From assembly GCF_001194135.2 (NCBI RefSeq), contig NC_068985.1, positions 37,889,419-37,953,418 on the forward strand: a stretch of DNA of 64,000 bases, read 5' to 3'. This document shows, in pieces, positions 1-13,935 of this stretch. A program made the position numbers and the translations under genes. Under the pieces are notes generated by a model. It searched no databases, had not been told where the DNA came from, and was given only the letters and a program-made list of their open reading frames with translations. Origin of the DNA: Octopus bimaculoides (Eukaryota). How positions within the stretch are numbered: position 1 is the stretch's first letter; the number at the start of each line of letters is the position of its first letter.

Positions 1-2650
1 ATATAAAACATTGACTGAGTGAAAAGCGAGAGAGATGATGGGAGAAAAAGTAGGAAAGAAAGACGGGGGGAAATGTGGAATCTTTCATTGCAATGCACTT
101 CAAAGTTGTTCAAAGTTAGCCGCAAGCTGCGAAGAATTTATCTGTACTCAATGACCCCCCTAGAAAACTGGTTCTTTTCGCCATCCTTGTAACACACAGT
201 GATGATGATAATTACGCTGCGTGTTGTGGCCAGATTTTTATGTCATTTATGGTTCTGCGTATTAAAGCCACGTGCTTCTTTTCGGAGTGGGTTGGGGGCG
301 TCGATCGTAAGGATGTTGTTAGCGGCATTGTTCATTTTTGTGGCTGGACAAGCGATAGAAGTGTTTACTGGTGGCTGTGCTGGTGTCCGTTTTGGGCCAC
401 TGATGCCGGTTGTTATAAGGTTAAGCAATCATATTCGTGATGAAAATTCGTGGCTTAGTTGTTCTATGGCGGTTAGAGAGTCGTAGTAGTGGTGGTAGCA
501 GTTTCTATGTTTTGCGGGTGTGTTAATTCTTGGTGGAAATAATAATGGAATTGCTGTTGATGCTTTATATATTACTGTCGGCAATAAAATTATTCTTGTT
601 AAATAAACAAATAAGGGTTCCCTAAATCATAAATCGCATCGAAAATAGTTGAACGTTACTCTCTGTCTCTCTCCTCCTCCCTCTCTCTTTGTCTGTCTGT
701 CGGTCTGTCCATCCATCCATCCCTCCATTCACTCACTCACTCACACATTTTCAGACACAAATTAATTGACAGTTACGTAGATGACTAGCAAGCAATATAG
801 CCAGCTAGCTAAATAGCGAGTTAGATAGATTACACTATTTGCGTCTATCATTACACGTAGGTACGTTCTATCATTACTTAGTTATAGGCTCGTGTGTGCT
901 GTCTGTGTTCGTGTATGTCTTCAATAAAATTTAAAGCGGTTCAGTGAACCGTTTCAGGTAGTCTGAGAGGTAGTTAAAAGATAAAAGGGGGTGAAGAAAC
1001 GTTTAACAAAGTTGATGACGGGTGACGGTAAAGAAAGAAAGCTATGTAATATTAGAGAGATGGGTGTAAGAGAAACGTTAGAAAGAAGATAGGTTAGCAT
1101 CCAGGTTTAAACATGTGTCTTATATTGAATCCAAGATAACAAGAATCAATTCCCACCTTAGATGTTATTTTTAATGTTTAACATTTTCCATGGCGTCTTG
1201 GGCTAAATTTACGCATTTATATTTATACTGTTATCTATACCATCATCAATTATAAACGGCGATCGCTATTATAATGATAGTACTAGGGAGGTATTAGTTC
1301 GGTTGGTGGTAATGTGAATTACCGTAGTGTGAGGTTTAAGAGTATTGGGTGCAACTTCTGATCTATTCTCACCCTCACTAAGACTTGAAATATTTTCTCT
1401 AAAAATTTTGCTACATTAAGGTTACCGATATTATTTGCCATTAGTCTGAAATGAGTGTTGGCATTGGAGGAAGCAGAAGCTCAACTCACACGTTCCGTTT
1501 TCACTTAATGTCTTAAACAGCTTCCGAGAGGTTTTCAAGATGTACATAATTTATAAATTATATATCAGTTTAAAGATAGAACCACATTGGTATTCCTCTG
1601 TCAAAAACTAGGCCAAGAGATAATTTAAAATTTAAGATTTTCGTATGTTTATGTGGGCTGGTCGTTCACTTTGCAACCAAGTCATTAGTTTGGATTTCAC
1701 TATGCTGCATGTTTAGGCTTGTGTGGTACATGTTTAGAAGCAAGTTCTCCTCCAAGTTTTAGACACAGGATCATCTTTTGAGGTCCTTAAGGTACTACAA
1801 CGCCTGATCAGGGCTGAATAGAAGTAGCGGTGACTTAGAGATAACTCGATACTCCGTAAAACACCTGAGCTTCGGAACTGTAGTCTTACCACTAAATACG
1901 GTCAGATATCCTGCTCGGGATAGTATAAATATCAACCTTTATAGCAATACCATATTTTTCCCGTCTACCTCGCCTTTTCTTTCATTTTCATAATTCTGTC
2001 TTATCCCATATTATAGCTTTTACACTACAATACACTTGCATGTGTGTGTACGTATGATATTCTCACACTGCCCATCTTTCTCTTTCCCAACAAATCTCTC
2101 GTTCAGTTAGATATTATCTGTCGCCGTTACACAAATACACGCACATCTCTGTTTCCTATCCAATTTCGTTTTGCTAGAATATGGACTATTTCACTATGGG
2201 CGTAATCCTAGATACGCTATCAATTCCATTATTTCATTCATGGATGTAAGAAGGCCTGCTAATCGGAGGCTATATAACTACAATTACCGTTTTTTCGTTT
2301 TATTTCAGATGATTTGATTTGATTTTTTTTTTATCAATGAACTTGATGCCAGATTTTGGTTCATGGGGAGGGTTGGCATATTGACATACAATCATTCAGT
2401 AACATAAGCTGCTGATTTCGTTGCCAAAGCCCTTCCCTAGTTTATAATTAGTAGAGGGGTCGATAACTGACAAAAATGTATGAAGATTTTTTAACTATAT
2501 GTAAATAATGTATTACACGTTAGGGTAAGAATTTATATTGTGGCTATTGGAGTTTTGTTTTGCGTACGTCATTTATTTACTCAAATTTATGCGATTGGCA
2601 CATTTTAGTTATTTCCCACAGCGTATGCTTATTTTCCAGCATTCTAATAT

Positions 2651-2852
2651 TGATTTCAAATTTTGCTACAAGGCTAGGAGTTTAGGAGCAGGGGATAAGT
2701 CGATTACGTCGTCCCCAGTGCTCAACTGGTACTTATTGTATTGATCCAGCTAGGATGAAAGGCAAAGTCGACGTAGGTGGAAATTGAACTCAGAACATAG
2801 AGCCGGACGAAATGCCGCTAAGCATTTTGCCCAGTGTATTAACGATTCTGGC
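2651..2852 (-). mobile_element. SINE family B copy (tRNA-derived head, central GCCTTTCATCC...GGGGTCGAT domain), head slightly truncated
   Basis: Aligns by eye to the other family B copies (AGGATGAAAGGCAAAGTCGAC...TTGAACTCAGAAC...GAAATGCCGCTAAGCATTTT on +). The reverse strand has a B-box-like GAGTTCAATTTCC. Confidence 0.85.
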
Positions 2853-3031
2853 AAAAGGCCAACAATTTCGAGGGAGTAAGTCGCTTACATTAACCCTAAT
2901 ACTCAATTCATATGTATTTTTTCGACCCCCAAAAGGATGAAAGGCAAAGTCGACCTCGATGCAATTTGAACTCAGAATGTAAAGACAGACGAAATGCCGC
3001 TAAGCATTTTACCCTGCGTGCTAACGATTCT
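2853..3031 (-). mobile_element. SINE family B copy, directly tandem to the previous copy
   Basis: Second copy of AGGATGAAAGGCAAAGTCGACCTCG...GAACTCAGAATGTAAAGACAGACGAAATGCCGCTAAGCATTTT immediately after the first. Confidence 0.85.
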
Positions 3032-3827
3032 AATATTCTAATACTGATAGAAGGGAAATAGTTGTAAAGTAAAAGTCTTAGTGTTTCATATAATTATCAC
3101 ATATATAGGACGTGTAGTTCTTATTTAAATCGATATAGCTTTACTGCGAATCTTCTAAATACACACCGGCACAGCCTCGGTAATCAGAAACATTTGTTAA
3201 CAGGTCACATGTGCCATTCTGATTCTCGAATGAATGTAAGGAAACCTGTACATTAGAATTTTTTGCTTGGAATGCGTAGGATTTTCCTGTAAAATATAAA
3301 TAAAAAAAATATAAAATTTGACAATTTAAGTATTGATAATTAAAATAGCGTGTTGAAAATAGACATGCTGACAAGATTAGAAAAATGAGAGAGAGACGGA
3401 AACCAAGAACATGATTATTTGGTATACATTAAACTGATCAATAGACATGATTAAAATATAAATTCTATAAATTAGCGAAGGGAGGAAAGTGCTTGTGTCT
3501 AGCCCTTCCTAATCTCGATGCAGTGGATATTTCGCTTGAGCTGTCAATATTATTTAGAATCGAGGGAATTCAAGAGTGTTGCAATTTCTCTCGTTCTATC
3601 TTTTCATCTCTCCACTTTCCTCTTCTAGTATTTTAGAACATCATTTCCCATTGCATCTTGTCCTATAAACACGCGTTTGTCCTATATACACACGTCTTGT
3701 CCTATCCGTCCCAGAGCTGCACGACCTTTATTTTGTTTGTATATTGTGTATTTTATTTTATTTGTATATTTATTTTGTACTCGTACCCACTACCTATGCC
3801 GTGCTTGTGTTTATATGTCGAGTTATA

Positions 3828-4019
3828 TACTCTTTACTATTTTACTTGTTTCAGTCGAACAAATCGACGCCAGGACTTATTTTTTGTAAGGCTAGTATTT
3901 ATTCTGTCGGTCTCTTTTGCGGAACCGCTAAGTTACGGGGACGTAAACACATCCACATCGGTTTTCAAGCGATGCGGGTGGGGGACAAACACAGATGCAT
4001 ATATATATATATATATATA

Positions 4020-4090
<71 letters not shown>

Positions 4091-4395
4091 GCTAATGCAT
4101 GACCCACATTAAACTCCTCACAGGTACCACGATCGAGACAAGGGTTTAACTATGGTCTATTCTTAGCACTTACTTAGCATTGCCTGCCACTCTTTGGGTC
4201 TTCTAGACACCAATACCTTTTACATAAATATATATACGACAGGCTTCTTTCAGTTTCCGTCTACGAAATCCACTCGCAAGGCTCTAGTCGGCTCGAGGCT
4301 ATAGTAGAAGACACTTGCGCAAGGTGTCACGCAGTGGGACTGAACCCGCAACCATGTGGTTTGGAGGCAAACTTCTTACCACTGAACCACACCTG
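3828..4395 (-). mobile_element. SINE family A copy with expanded internal (TA)n and a secondary insertion
   Basis: Tail module (TTACTTGTTTCAGTC...GAACCGCTAAGTTACGGGGACGTAAAC) at 3828-3998 and head/core (GACAGGCTTCTTTCAGTTTCCGTCTAC...GAAGACACTTGC...GGGACTGAACCCG) at about 4236-4395 match copies at 30137, 35482 and 49446. Confidence 0.9.
4088..4225. other. Unassigned 138-bp insertion flanked by (TA)n inside SINE A
   Basis: Sequence is absent from the other SINE A copies and is bounded by (TA)n on both sides. Confidence 0.7.
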
Positions 4396-7300
4396 ATGAA
4401 TCACTCAATTCTTTTTAGAAGAGGACATATATATTATAATTTTACAAAAATGCTTTTGAAGTTTCATCCTGCTAGCCTTCATCAGGTTCCTTTTAGAATT
4501 TATATAGTCTATTTGCGTATCTCTCCAACACTAACCAAAAAATGTCAAATAGTGGCGACTTTTGCTATTACACTCTACCTCATATTCCTTAAACATTTCC
4601 CTAAAAACTGAAAAAGATGTCGCAAAATATTTTGCATTCAAATTTTGTCTGCGATACTGAAAGCGGAATAGAAATGATATGACATAGGAGAATGCAAAAC
4701 ATTAGTTCTAAAATAGAGGAACTAGAAGAGCATATTTATGGGAGAACTCATGGCGCAGAGTTAGATGTAGGAAAGTGTTTATGAAGAATGCGCAACTTCG
4801 ATCAATTGTAGGCAATTTCTTTATATTTCATTTTGATGTTTCTCCTCTCCTGTGCGACGGCTTAGGTATAAATACTAAATTTATAGACCGTTAAGATGAA
4901 GTAAAATGTAAACGCATCAATATTCGGTGTTGCTCGGAAAATATGCCAAGTCTCAGAATCGGGTTTTGCTAGATGAAGAGATAACTGTATTTTTATTGAA
5001 CAGATTTCGATTCGGTGATTTGAAAACTATATTTACACTAGATTTAAGCTAAATGTAGATATTCTACCATAGAAGCAGTGAAGTTTGATTTTTTTCTTAT
5101 TTCATTTAATGAAATGTTGGATGTATCAAAAAGATATTTCGCTTTACGCTATAAAAATAACAGCGAAAAGCAGAATATCTGTTTGATATATTCAAGATTT
5201 CATTCATATAGGAAGAAAAAGTTATGAGACAAGTCTGTACACATCATGCATTCATTGGTATGTATGTGTATATGTACATGTGTGTATGCATAACATACTC
5301 ACGAACATAGACATACACACATATATGTACACATGCGCGTGTGTATATGTATGTGTCTGAGTGAGTGTTTGTGCTTTCGTGCCTAAATCCATGTGTGTTT
5401 ACATATATTTAGATATAATGTGAAAGTATTAAAGCTATCAATCTAAGAGAATAACAAACAACTATCAGTTAAATACCAAATTTATACTCCCATGAGACCT
5501 CGGGAATGAAGCAAAGAGCCTAGAAAAGAACGAAACCCTTAAGACTTAGCGCATTTGGAATATCTTTAGAAAGGGATTCGGATCGAGTTTCTGCTTTTTA
5601 AGAGATTTAGCCTCGAAAACCAGTTTAGCGGATAGCTAGAATTCAGGCGCAAGTCTGTTTAACATTTCAAGTACGTATACGATCGGATCACGCAGTTTTC
5701 GTTTTAACTCCTCCTCACGCCCCCCATTGCTGACAATGACCTCCAGATGTGATGTTATTACAAGGGAACTTAAAATAAAAGGCAGAGATGATCAGGATGA
5801 ACTATATATCATAACATCAGGGAAGCACTACCAGAAAAAATTAATAACAGGAACAACTAGTGTAACAAGCTATAACTATTATATTAGTAGTACCAGTTGA
5901 ACGACATCAAACGATATACTTCCTAACAGCTAAAGAAGGAAAAGTGAAAATAGCAATAAGGATAACAGTGCAAGCAAATATATATACATATATGTGTGTG
6001 TCTATCTGTCTGTCTGTTTAAATGTGTTTATATGTGAATGTGTGTTTATGTATGTATGTATGTATGTACTTATATATATATANNNNNNNNNNNNNNNNNN
6101 NNNNNNNNNNNNNNNNNNNNNNNNNNNNNNNNNNNNNNNNNNNNNNNNNNNNNNNNNNNNNNNNNNNNNNNNNNNNNNNNNNNNNNNNNNNNNNNNNNNN
6201 NNNNNNNNNNNNNNNNNNNNNNNNNNNNNNNNNNNNNNNNNNNNNNNNNNNNNNNNNNNNNNNNNNNNNNNNNNNNNNNNNNNNNNNNNNNNNNNNNNNN
6301 NNNNNNNNNNNNNNNNNNNNNNNNNNNNNNNNNNNNNNNNNNNNNNNNNNNNNNNNNNNNNNNNNNNNNNNNNNNNNNNNNNNNNNNNNNNNNNNNNNNN
6401 NNNNNNNNNNNNNNNNNNNNNNNNNNNNNNNNNNNNNNNNNNNNNNNNNNNNNNNNNNNNNNNNNNNNNNNNNNNNNNNNNNNNNNNNNNNNNNNNNNNN
6501 NNNNNNNNNNNNNNNNNNNNNNNNNNNNNNNNNNNNNNNNNNNNNNNNNNNNNNNNNNNNNNNNNNNNNNNNNNNNNNNNNNNNNNNNNNNNNNNNNNNN
6601 NNNNNNNNNNNNNNNNNNNNNNNNNNNNNNNNNNNNNNNNNNNNNNNNNNNNNNNNNNNNNNNNNNNNNNNNNNNNNNNNNNNNNNNNNNNNNNNNNNNN
6701 NNNNNNNNNNNNNNNNNNNNNNNNNNNNNNNNNNNNNNNNNNNNNNNNNNNNNNNNNNNNNNNNNNNNNNNNNNNNNNNNNNNNNNNNNNNNNNNNNNNN
6801 NCCTTCGCTTTTTGTGAGATATCGTTGGAAAGTATTAAAAACTCGCTACCGCATGGTTCTCAGTTACACAAGTTGAAACTCTATCCAGCGACAGTCTTGC
6901 CTTTAAAATGCTGCAACATTTGGGAGTTTTCGTTAATTTGATAACGTAACATTTTAAGTATCTAATAAGTCTTTTTTTCTTCGTTGGTCTCTTAATTGCA
7001 ATCACATGAGGCAATGGTACAAAACAAGTGAGTAGTGGTGGATTAGTAAGGATAGTGGTGGCGGTAGTTTTGGTAGGAATGCCGCTTTTGATTGAAGTAG
7101 TCGAAGCTGCTGTTTAAGTAGCTTAGATTAGAGTTATGAGTGTTGGGTGGTGACGTGGGAAAACGAGCGAAAAGAAACTAGGGCAAAGATTGAGCTGTAA
7201 GTGTGCGACATTATGTAAAAGAACGGACGGAGTTCAAATGAATTATTCGGGTTTTCTCTTCGGTAATTAACTTGATGAAAAATACACCATGCTTTTCATG

Positions 7301-7904
7301 CGACAAGCATAAGCTCAATCACACACACACACGTACGCAAATTATATTAATCTACCAGACACGTATCCGTGTATATGTGTACTTGTATTTAGATATGCAG
7401 AACTATGTATACATTATACATAATGTGTAGCGGTGCATATAATATGGTACACGTGTATGTGTGTGTGTAAAGGTTTATGCAGAAATCCATTCGTCACGCA
7501 TATTGTTAATCCAAATTTTAGTACATTTTCTCAGCATTCGTAGGTTATTAATCCGTGCTCACAGAAGCGATGAGCTACAACAGTCTGTCCACTGTGTTTG
7601 GTATGATGGTCTTCTTGCTGACAAGCTGCATGTTGCCCGTATGTGGGCTACATTATGTTTATTGACTAATTGAATTAAAAGCTTACGAGATCAGTAGCCT
7701 GAATCCTAGGGTTAACAGAGCTCTTTCTATAACCATCAATCCATCTTGAGATCAACAATTGGAGAATCAAAATACGTATTGTTATAATTTTATCGATTGC
7801 CATACAACTATAGAAAGAGATTCTAATTCGTCTCTTAACTTACTACGTATATCTATCAAATCTCTGACAGATAGCTCCCCATCGTCTTTAAAATAGTAAA
7901 CGAG

Positions 7905-7992
7905 GGACACTAGAAAATGTAAATCCTAGACAAAAAAGACGGGGTGGACATAGCTGGAATGTGTTTGATCACAGATCTATTCAATCAGTCGA
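7905..7992 (+). mobile_element. Repeat family C, degenerate 3' fragment
   Basis: AAAAGACGGGGTGGACATAGCTGGAATGTGTTTGATCACAGATCTATTCAATCAG resembles 18670-18742 and the reverse complement of 43482-43556. Confidence 0.5.
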
Positions 7993-8804
7993 CGTAATAC
8001 TAAAAAGCGACGACCACAATAGTAGAACGTCAACAATAGCAACACTCTGGGAAGTTGAGGTCACAGTTTCCTCGACTCCACTGCCAAGATATATCGTTTA
8101 CTGAATCTTATTCGATTATATCAACCAGAATTTTCTTTGGTACTTAATTTATCGATCTTGTATGTGACGGAAAACAAATCCTCTATATCAGAAATGATTA
8201 ATTTTCTCGATAATCTAATGTTCTCTGTTTAACTTGGGCTCCCTCAAACATCCTTTCGACGAGACTAAATAAAGTAATGCATTAATTTTTATAAAATTAT
8301 TCACTGTCTTCCTACATGCATGTCTACACATACATGTAAGTGCGTATGTTTGTGCATATGACTAGGTGTGCAGAAGAGCTTTTTATGAGCAACTTTGTTC
8401 CTAGCATTAATGTTTTTTTTTTTGTCTGTTCTCCTGTCTATCCTTTTAGTGAATATCTATTCAGCTTCTATTCAGCCCACACGTGGCTACGTGCGTGTGT
8501 ACGTGATACTTGTTTACAAAACAAGTTTTGGAAAAATTTCTACTCAGTACTATTCAATTTACGTGTTTCATTGTATACAAATTGAATAACGTTTCTCTGC
8601 TTGCTTCTAGTCTTCATTAGACACACTGTATATTATTGACTTTTGCATTGGCACAACTCTACAAATATCTAGGTGAGGGTTATAGTTGATTAAATGGTCC
8701 TCAGTGTATAACTAATACGTATTTTATAGGCCACTGACGGAAGAAAAGCAGTGCCATTATCAATTAAATTTGAACTTACAACATAGACTGATGAACTAAA
8801 TATC

Positions 8805-9017
8805 GATTTCAAAGTTTAGCACAAGGCTAGTAATTTCAGAAGAGGGGCTAAGTCGATTACATCGATTCCAGTGCTCAGCTGCAATATATTTTATCGACCC
8901 CAAAAGAATGAAAGGCAAAATCAACTTGAGCGGAATTTGAACTCAGAACATAAATACGGACGAAATGCCGCTAAGCATTTTTACCGAATGCTAACGATTC
9001 TGCCAGCCCGCTACCTT
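8805..9017 (-). mobile_element. SINE family B, near full-length
   Basis: Tail GATTTCAAAGTTTAGCACAAGGC through head ...CTAACGATTCTGCCAGCCCGCTACCTT; A-box-like TGGCAGAATCG and B-box-like GAGTTCAAATTCC on the minus strand. Confidence 0.9.
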
Positions 9018-9471
9018 CAAATGAACTAAACATCAATAGCAATTTAGTCTAACTCTCTGCTGTTGTTATCGTTATACATAGTTATGTATTACTTGCCAAT
9101 ATTTTCCCAAACTTCGAGCAACTTGTAGCACTCGACATGTGACTCTTAAGCACGTCCGTCGTAAGTGTTGAGTATATTGTATCAATACATTTGTTACCAG
9201 AGTGTGTTTCTCTGCTCGAGTGATGTAGCGATAGTGTTTGTAGTTCCAAGTTATCAAACAGAAGAACGGTCGTTGCACCTTTAGCATGTTATTCAAGAAT
9301 TAATAATTTGCAGTAATAATAGTAGATACACCTGCTCATGTATTAATGAATTAAGCTGAAAATGCTGCTGGTTTTCGCTAGCTAAATGTTAGTACTACAC
9401 AAATACGGAATCATTCTGCTAATACACTTTATAAAGGCACGAATATCAAAACTTCACATCTATTGGATTGC

Positions 9472-9504
<33 letters not shown>

Positions 9505-9506
<2 letters not shown>

Positions 9507-9677
9507 ACTTCTAACTTGTTGTCTCTTGAGGTCTCTGGGTGAGACTTGGATCCAACTTGTACAAATGCAAAGCAAGAGTCAAGCATAAAATAATAATAAT
9601 AATAATAATAATAATAGTAATAATAATAATAATAATAATAGTAATAATAATAATAATAATAATAGTAATAATAATAA
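9505..9677 (+). mobile_element. Probable 3' end of a non-LTR retroelement (R4/Dong-like by recollection) with (AAT)n tail, inserted in an (AAT)n tract
   Basis: 84 bp of unique sequence (9505-9588) between same-strand (AAT)n runs at 9472-9504 and 9589-9677. No ORF is present, so the clade call is inference. Confidence 0.5.
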
Positions 9678-11718
9678 GACTTTGTACTCAAACCTAATCA
9701 ATCCAGTAAAAGACAAAAGTTTTTGCCAAAATATTTGCCAAAAATGAATGAAGCAATTTGAGGAGGTGGAAATATCTGGAAAGCCGAGCCTGCATATTTA
9801 CTCGATTTCCAGCTGCTGTCATTTCTCTTTTCCTCTGTCTCTGTTGTGCTTTTGAGAAAGGCATGGACAGCAAATACATTCATTCCACTCATCCTTTGTA
9901 GGGGATTTCTTTTTTAAAGACTATCTTTAATAATGTCTGGAAACTCTTTCTTATACTTCATACTCAAACCGCTTTTAAATCCGATTGACACCCACATTGT
10001 TATCTATTAATGGTCATCACCGCTACCATCATCATCACCACTTACTTTGACTACCTACATTAATAGCATCAGCAGCCTTTTTGTAAATTGTTCTTTCACA
10101 CACTCTGATCACTCTCTTTATTTCTCTAACTTTCTCTAACTTTCAATCACTTTCATTCTTCCACAAACTCTTCCTATCTATGATAGCATGTTTTTCTGGT
10201 TGTTTTTGTGCAATCTGCAAATTTACTGTTTCTGGAAACGTTACAGATCATACATTACTTCAGCCTAACTTCACCTTTCTTTCTTATGCAATGTGAAGAT
10301 CTGACGGTCTCTTTAGTGCACTTCTTGTATTAGCTAAGATTGGCACATAGCTATCTTTTCAAAGAGTATGGGATCGACCCAGGACTTAAAGACCATCTAT
10401 TTTACCAAGGCAAACAAAAGTTGACGTTAAGTGTTGCTCACGTGACTCTTAAACGCGTCACTAAAGGGTAAGGTGTCGGAGGGAAAATTGTTGACACACT
10501 GCCGGAAATTTTCCATCTAACCACATTGTATTATATATTTGACAACGCTTTTATTGCAATTATTATAAAGCTGAGGAGGAAAAGGTTAGCAGTGAAGTCG
10601 GTAGAACTTCTTCTTTTAATGCTTGTGTGTACGTGTGTGTGTGTGTGTGTGTATGTGTGTCCCCGTTTTTGCGCGAGTCGGCACCTTTGCGTACGTGAGT
10701 GCATGTGCACGTGTTCAGTAGGCCTATCATTCAATTATGTTATGTATATGTGGTTTATGGTGTAGTTAAAGATCAATCATTCATAATTAGATATCATATA
10801 AAACAATCTCTAAGATAATAGAATAAAATCTTGCTATTTAGTACTGCTCTTGAGCTAAAGAATTAATATATTGACTTTACTAATAATCCGTAAGAACAAA
10901 AACAAAAATCCCGCATCAAAAAAGTAAGAAAGAAGAAGTTAGAATTGAAGTGTTTTCTATCAAAACGTCTTAAAACCTTACTAGAAAAAGTTATGGGGTG
11001 TAGAAAACAGCTTATTGTAAACTGAAATGTCNNNNNNNNNNNNNNNNNNNNNNNNNNNNNNNNNNNNNNNNNNNNNNNNNNNNNNNNNNNNNNNNNNNNN
11101 NNNNNNNNNNNNNNNNNNNNNNNNNNNNNNNNNNNNNNNNNNNNNNNNNNNNNNNNNNNNNNNNNNNNNNNNNNNNNNNNNNNNNNNNNNNNNNNNNNNN
11201 NNNNNNNNNNNNNNNNNNNNNNNNNNNNNNNNNNNNNNNNNNNNNNNNNNNNNNNNNNNNNNNNNNNNNNNNNNNNNNNNNNNNNNNNNNNNNNNNNNNN
11301 NNNNNNNNNNNNNNNNNNNNNNNNNNNNNNNNNNNNNNNNNNNNGGACGAAATTTATATATATATATATATTATATAAAGTTTTTATTTCGGAATAAATA
11401 TATGTGCGCTAGTGCTTATTTGTGTATGTCGTGTGTGTGTGTGTGTGTGAAACTTGAATCTAAATATCACAAAAAACATCTTAATTTTGCAAAGCGGGTA
11501 ATTAATTTCTTCATAACCTGTCTTACTGTATATTAGATGTAACGAATGGCTCTCTACGTGTACGCTCGACCTGTTATAAGCGTTGCCAAATCTCCATTGT
11601 ATCACAGAGTACTCTCTTCCACTGAGATGGACTCAGTAGACAAACTGATATAGTCCTAGATAGGCAATATCGAAGAGAGGCCGGGATTAGTCTTGGCTGA
11701 CACCTCTTTCGTTATATA

Positions 11719-11876
11719 TGTCTGTGCGTTCTGAGTTCAAATTCCGTCGAGGTCGACTTCGCCTTTCATCCTTTCGGGGTCGAGAAATTAAGTGCCAGTT
11801 GCGTACTGGGGTCGATCTAATCGACTGGCTCCTTACCCAAAATTTCGAGCCTTGTGCCTAGAGTAGAAAAGATTAT
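11719..11876 (+). mobile_element. SINE family B, 5'-truncated
   Basis: GTTCTGAGTTCAAATTCCGTCGAGGTCGACTTCGCCTTTCATCCTTTCGGGGTCGAG...CTGGGGTCGATCTAATCGAC...CCTTGTGCCTAGAGTAGAAAAGATTAT. Confidence 0.9.
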
Positions 11877-12089
11877 ATATGTCTGCTGAATGATATACGA
11901 CCTGGGACTAAATAACAACCGTATCTTTTTCTCTATTTGTATCATTCGAATTCACCAAATATTTATATCAACATTGATAATGGAGACCGCTCCTAATCTT
12001 TCACTACTCACATATACACAATTATAATATGTAAACTAAATACATATAGCCATCAACTCGCCAGAGACTACACATGTATTCATACGTTC

Positions 12090-12127
<38 letters not shown>

Positions 12128-12141
12128 GCAACTGAATGTGA

Positions 12142-12173
<32 letters not shown>

Positions 12174-12817
12174 AAGTGAGGGATAGAAAAATCTGAATAT
12201 CTCTTCTAATGGCACTGACATATTTCGAGAGGTATTAGTTTTGATGAAGCCAAGTCAAGATTGCTCCAACTACTGTCAAGAGACTAAGGGACAAATAATT
12301 TTGGATCAGACAAGCTTTTACCAACGTCCTGCACTGGCAATCAATGAAAATTTATTTGAACTGATAATATATAGGAGAAAAAAAAAAGCGAGACGCAATG
12401 CAAATATTAGATCTATTAATTGAAGGTTCATTATTGCGGATATTTATTCGTCTCTCATATTCTTATTTTGTCTTCTTGCCATCCCCAATGTCTCTGTTAT
12501 CACAACTCGGAATAGGTTTTACTGAGCTCTTTGAGCTCTTGGCAGTACCGTTCATTTGTAGATTATATACTGAAGACTGATATGAGAACGTTAAGAATTT
12601 TGTGCAATTTTTGAAACGCTAAAGCCACTCGAATCGTGGGTGTGCGTGTGTTCATGGTAGTAATTCTTCCCTTCCCACATACAGACAGTCCAATCACAAT
12701 TATGTACACCACCTCCTCCTCCACCTCCTCNNNNNNNNNNNNNNNNNNNNNNNNNNNNNNNNNNNNNNNNNNNNNNAATTTTACAAACTAGACCCACTCT
12801 GTTAAAAATTGTTGTCC

Positions 12818-12855
<38 letters not shown>

Positions 12856-13844
12856 TGTATCTGAACAAAAAGATATTTATATGTAATTGACGATAAATAA
12901 TATACAAAATGATGTTTTCTTATTTCCAATATTTTCTGAATATCAGAAATAACCGAATTTTAAATAGAGTTATAAAGAAAACATTAAGGAATAGCTAACA
13001 TGGACCGAGATTGTAAGGGAAATAACTCTGAACGTTACTGGCTAATGGCTTTCATCAACTGAAGTGTAGTTTTCACCATTAATTACTAAGCTAATAGTAA
13101 TTGGCTTACCGCATATAAATGTTTAAAAAAAAAATATTCAGTGGCATTGAGATGTAATTAATTGATAATTTGATTATAGAGGGGCATTGATCGCATGAAA
13201 TAAACATGTGAGTTTGATTATTTTAATGTTCTCAATATCACATCACTGATTATATAAACGTATTGTCAATCCTCCACAATTCTATCACTTATGCCGCATC
13301 GACATCAATAGGATTAAAATATCTATGATATTAACAGTAACATTATTAATGTTTGTTTATATATATATATATAATTATTACATATATATAGATAGATAGA
13401 TAGATAGATACTTCATTTTGGCATTATCCTAACGGCTCCAAACCTCGCACCATAAAAATCTCTCTAATAATAAAAACTACTGCAGTCATCACTCTCTCCA
13501 ACATAACACCGAAACCGCATACACACCTATGAACCTTGACACCACACTTAACTCATTCCATTTACTTTAATATTAATGATATCTTTCTTACCACTGTATA
13601 TAAACCAGTGGAAATACTATTCTCTCAAAGCTACCGTTATCGATAAATAATTACCTCAACTCGCTCACAACCCCAACTGTTATCGTTACGACCTACAGCA
13701 CTTCTACATTACAACCGCCATCTTGGCAACTAGCAGTGTTGTTGAAGCTACAACATATACCCATTATGTAAAAGATTAGATATTACTAATTTCTTGCATT
13801 TGAGGGAGGTTATAGTCAAATTAACTTGGATCAGTATATTACTG

Positions 13845-13935
13845 GTACTTATTTTATCTCTGGAAGCAAAAAAGGCGAAGTCAACTTTGGCGGGAATTGA
13901 ACTCTGAAGTAAACGGGCGTAAAGTAAATACTGCA
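13845..13935 (-). mobile_element. Degenerate SINE B-related fragment
   Basis: CTGGTACTTATTTTATC...AAAGGCGAAGTCAACTTTGGCGGGAATTGAACTC matches the family B core. Confidence 0.6.

Noticed and set aside
199-486. Overlapping ORFs at 199-486 (+), 240-440 (+) and 243-428 (-)
   Set aside because: No recognisable domain; the minus frame has an in-frame stop immediately upstream and no acceptor; GT-rich composition explains the open frames.
4457-4490. Minus-strand CTGATGA-AGGCTAGCAGGAT-GAAAC-TTC hammerhead-like motif
   Set aside because: Both core words are present but stem II and stem I do not pair; chance or a very decayed relic.
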